Shown: positions 57,873 to 59,460 of the stretch, in pieces
Numbering within the stretch: the first letter of the stretch is position 1
How the letters are laid out: each line of letters starts with the position of its first letter
Assembly (NCBI RefSeq): GCF_001194135.2
Contig: NC_068986.1
Span: 45,017,130-45,076,589, forward strand
Length of the DNA: 59,460 nucleotides
From: Octopus bimaculoides
Taxonomy: Eukaryota
Direction of reading: 5' to 3'
Translations under genes and position numbers: made by a program
The notes under the pieces: generated by a model
The model's input: the letters and a program-made list of their open reading frames with translations, nothing else
The model's database searches: none
Told to the model about the DNA's origin: nothing

Positions 57873-58566
57873 GTAAAAGTACTTGTTGTTGCAGTTATTG
57901 CTGTTGCCCTTGTCACTGTTGGCTGTTGTTGATGTTATTTAGTCCTGTTTTGACCAGTTCCGATCAGGCCTTTGGTCAAAGACGCTCCAGCTGTGACAAA
58001 ACCCCGTCTTCTTTGTATATCTAAGAATATGAATCGTACACTCTCCGTTATGTTCTCTCCTCTTTAACGATGGCTTGAGACAGATTTGACTGCTATTTCT
58101 AGTAACATCTGGCGATCATGTATAAGTACCTTCATCTCAAAAGAGAAGTTACAGTTTCAAACTAAAAAATCTCGGCCAGCAATTCTCTGTCCTTACTTCA
58201 GTGCATGTTACTGGATGCAAACGACGGGGTTTTCCCCCCGAAATATAATTAGTGCTTGTCTTACAGACTGACATACAGAAAGGCTGCCTTCGTCGTTGTG
58301 AGTTGTTGTGGTAGTAGCAGATGTGGTGTTTTCCCAACAAAACGCAAGGCATGACTAAGCGAGACGTACAGATCTGGATTTTTTTTGTCTTTCCAGTTTT
58401 TACCAAGTCTCTCCAACCATAGATTCTGGTGTTGACCAAAAGCGGATACAAGTAAAGTAGATTAACAATAGTAGCTAATGTTTTTCATGGTATTCAATTC
58501 CAGTTTCCCGTCACGTTAAGTGCAGATGAGATGTAATCTTTATCACTTTACTACATTGAGCTACAG

Positions 58567-58953
58567 TGGAGGCGCAATGGCCCAGTGGTTAGGGCAGCGG
58601 ACACGCGGTCATAGGATCACGGTTTCGATTCCCAGACCGGGCGTTGTGAGTGTTTATTGAGCGAAAACACTTAAAGCTCCAAGAGGCTCCGGCAGAGGAT
58701 GGTGGCGAACCCTGCTGTATTCTTTCACCACAACTTTCTCTCATTCTTACTTCCTGTTTCTGTTGTACCTGTAATTCAAAGGGTCAGCCTTGTCACACTG
58801 TGTCACGCTGAATATCCCCGAGAACTACGTTAAGGGTACACGTGTCTGTGGAGTGCTCAGCCACTTGCACGTTAATTTCACGAGCAGGCTGTTCCGTTGA
58901 CCGGATCAACTGGAACCCTCGACGTCGTAAGCGACGGAGTGTCAACAAAAAAA
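58567..58953 (+). mobile_element. SINE family C, full-length reference copy with TSD
   Basis: A-box TGGCCCAGTGG and B-box GGTTTCGATTCC; TSD ACATTGAGCTAC (58553-58564) versus ACACTGAGCTAC (58955-58966). Confidence 0.95.
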
Positions 58954-59460
58954 CACACTGAGCTACGTTCAGCCTATGAACAAAAAGCTTCTACGCGGTT
59001 GCTCGATCTACTAGAAATTGCAACCAAGTTCTCTCAAATTGTACCATATGTAAGGGAACGACCGGGTCACCAATTGTAAGGTACGACCGTGCGAACTCAA
59101 AAAGGAGAAATGGTGACGAATGGAAGAAACAGAGGACTCCTTTTATTTAAACGCGTCGCACGGTCGAACACAAAATAATATATCAAATATGATATACATG
59201 ATATGTTATGCGACGATAACATAGATGACCAGTAATGAAAGACCACAACCGTATTAGATGAATAACAGAGATATTTATTATGGCGTTAAAGATGTATGTC
59301 TGTGTGAGAGTGTGAATGCGACATATAAGAACATAATCAAAGACAGGCCGTCATACAAAGAGAAGTGTGTATGTGAGTGATACATGTGTGTATGAGTGTT
59401 TACAGCAGATAGAAAGAGAGTCAGTAACACGTGAGCAATTATACCAATTCTTTAGTACAC

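Noticed and set aside
4133-57916. Long ORFs in the supplied track that span N runs or are HT-, VC-, YI-, poly-S, poly-L or poly-K rich
   Set aside because: They are open only because N runs or microsatellites contain no stop codons.
58567-58640. tRNA gene at SINE heads
   Set aside because: A and B boxes are present but there is no complete cloverleaf; these are SINE promoters.

Overview
AT-rich, repeat-dense eukaryotic genomic DNA from a gapped draft assembly (18 N-runs, roughly 5.8 kb). The SINE families match those I recall from octopus genomes, so a cephalopod origin is inferred, not proven. I found no host protein-coding gene I can support, and no rRNA, tRNA or CRISPR feature. Nearly all supplied ORFs are microsatellite or N-gap artefacts. 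The window contains: (1) three tRNA-head SINE families (called A, B and C here) plus an old dispersed repeat (D); (2) coding remnants of six retroelements, several in frames the ORF track misses: three Penelope-like (PLE) GIY-YIG fragments, an RTE reverse transcriptase (RT), an L1/Tx1 RT and an R4/Dong restriction-like endonuclease (RLE); (3) two small Tc1/mariner derivatives and a Helitron-like piece; (4) many microsatellites. The most interesting signals are structural. There is an intact minimal hammerhead ribozyme in the 3' UTR of a PLE (18281-18374). A second hammerhead-like motif is boxed by a perfect 42-bp inverted repeat (51112-51349). There are several fold-back elements, including a nested palindrome (19108-19781). 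The young SINE C carries a compact H-type pseudoknot and two 3' hairpins. A 3-kb nest of elements is stacked on TAA/TTA microsatellites. A few minus-strand micro-exon candidates are reported as weak leads only. All identities and alignments were estimated by eye.
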